Assembly (NCBI RefSeq): GCF_001194135.2
Contig: NC_068986.1
Coordinates: 58,169,044-58,233,043 of the forward strand
From: Octopus bimaculoides
Lineage: Eukaryota
Direction: 5' to 3'
Length of the DNA: 64,000 bases
Both the position numbers and the translations under genes were made by a program. Position 1 is the stretch's first letter, and the number at the start of each line of letters is the position of its first letter. Positions 63,092-64,000 of this stretch are shown here, piece after piece. The notes beneath the pieces are model-generated. The model ran no database searches. It was not told the DNA's origin and worked only from the letters and a program-made list of their open reading frames with translations.

Positions 63092-64000
63092 CCGGGCATA
63101 TGATGTACAAAACGTTGTGTTAACAACAAACAAAATGGGGGCAAATATCCGTCAAATGTAAATAATATAAATAATGTAGAAAGAATGAAGAATTAACCAC
63201 AGTATTAGACTGGTACTTTTTATCGACCTCGAAAAGATTAAATGCAAAGTTTACTGCTACAGGATTCGAACTCATAGCTCAGACAACCAGAGTGAATGCT
63301 GAAAAGGAATTCTATCTGAGACTGATAATTTTGCTACTAGGTGTCTATGTTGTGAACAGACACAGGCAACCTCTCGACACCCTCACTCCTTGACCCAGCA
63401 GGAATGTCGGTGGTGTAACTTCAGGGGAAAGAGAGAGCTACAACAGCACCCGGCTGGTTCTCATTGCAGCTGAGTAAGTTAGAGCAATGAAGGACACAAC
63501 CTACCACCATGATCAAGAATTGAAACTACGACCTTATGATCATAGCTGCGTAAGCCTAATCACATGCACACGCAGGAGTATATAGGCTTATACATAAAGT
63601 AAAGAAGCCATTTTGTTTTTAAGAAAGTAAGGAGCGATTCGAGGAAGAATTTAGATACTATTTCTAGCAGTTTGAGCGAGCATGTAGAGGCCCTGTCGTT
63701 GGTTCCATAAGGTCCAAGTGAAAATTGTTTGCTCTGATCGTTTGTGAGAAATAAAGCAAAAATGTATGGTGCTTTCCTATTGTATCAGATAAAATATTGA
63801 AATGGTATGAAGTCTGGAAGTCTTCGATCAGCCTGACTAAAATAATGTACAAGACATTTAACGATGATAGATGTGAAATGTGATCGAACCCGGAAACCTA
63901 TGATTATCACATGAATTTAATCATTTGGCTATATTTGCACTCGTCAAGCACTTCTCCCTTTAAACACACATTCATACATCTAGTGCGTGGGTGTGCGTCT

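Larger units (their letters stand above)
62430..63175 (-). mobile_element. Palindromic non-autonomous element: tRNA-like head, (TAA)n spacer and hammerhead-bearing PLE-type tail
   Basis: The left arm (minus strand) runs head 63091-63021, nested Dong, (TAA)n, then tail 62578-62430. The axis is catatgccc-cc-gggcatatg (63083-63102). The right arm 63094-63175 is an internally deleted inverted copy (aaacgttgtgttaacaac...caaatatccgtcaaatgtaaata). Confidence 0.8.

Overview
Eukaryotic genomic DNA, about 20% N-gaps, AT-rich and dense in microsatellites. The repeat families resemble octopus tRNA-derived SINEs, so this is inferred to be an Octopus short-read scaffold. Almost every ORF in the supplied track is a microsatellite or N-run artefact. 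The only convincing host coding sequence is too short for the track: a minus-strand first coding exon at 25385-25313 (MDLSTAYRYHNTNINMMDFYHSCK, then a phase-1 GTAAGT donor), most likely the N-terminus of Pax2/5/8. If so, 1-25312 is part of a long intron and 26.9-64 kb is upstream sequence. The rest is mobile-element debris: many copies of two tRNA-headed SINE families, an abundant unclassified repeat, hAT and mariner MITEs, a mariner transposase remnant, Tx1/L1, CR1/L2-group and Dong/R4 LINE fragments, and three Penelope-like (PLE) remnants. The most unusual structures involve hammerhead ribozymes. One is a truncated PLE bracketed by inverted ~110-bp terminal repeats whose consensus folds into a minimal type I hammerhead. 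The other is a palindromic element that joins a tRNA-like Pol III head, a (TAA)n spacer occupied by a Dong LINE, and a hammerhead-bearing PLE-type tail. A perfect 23-bp pre-miRNA-sized hairpin lies in the putative intron. Family and gene names come from recalled motifs, not from database searches.
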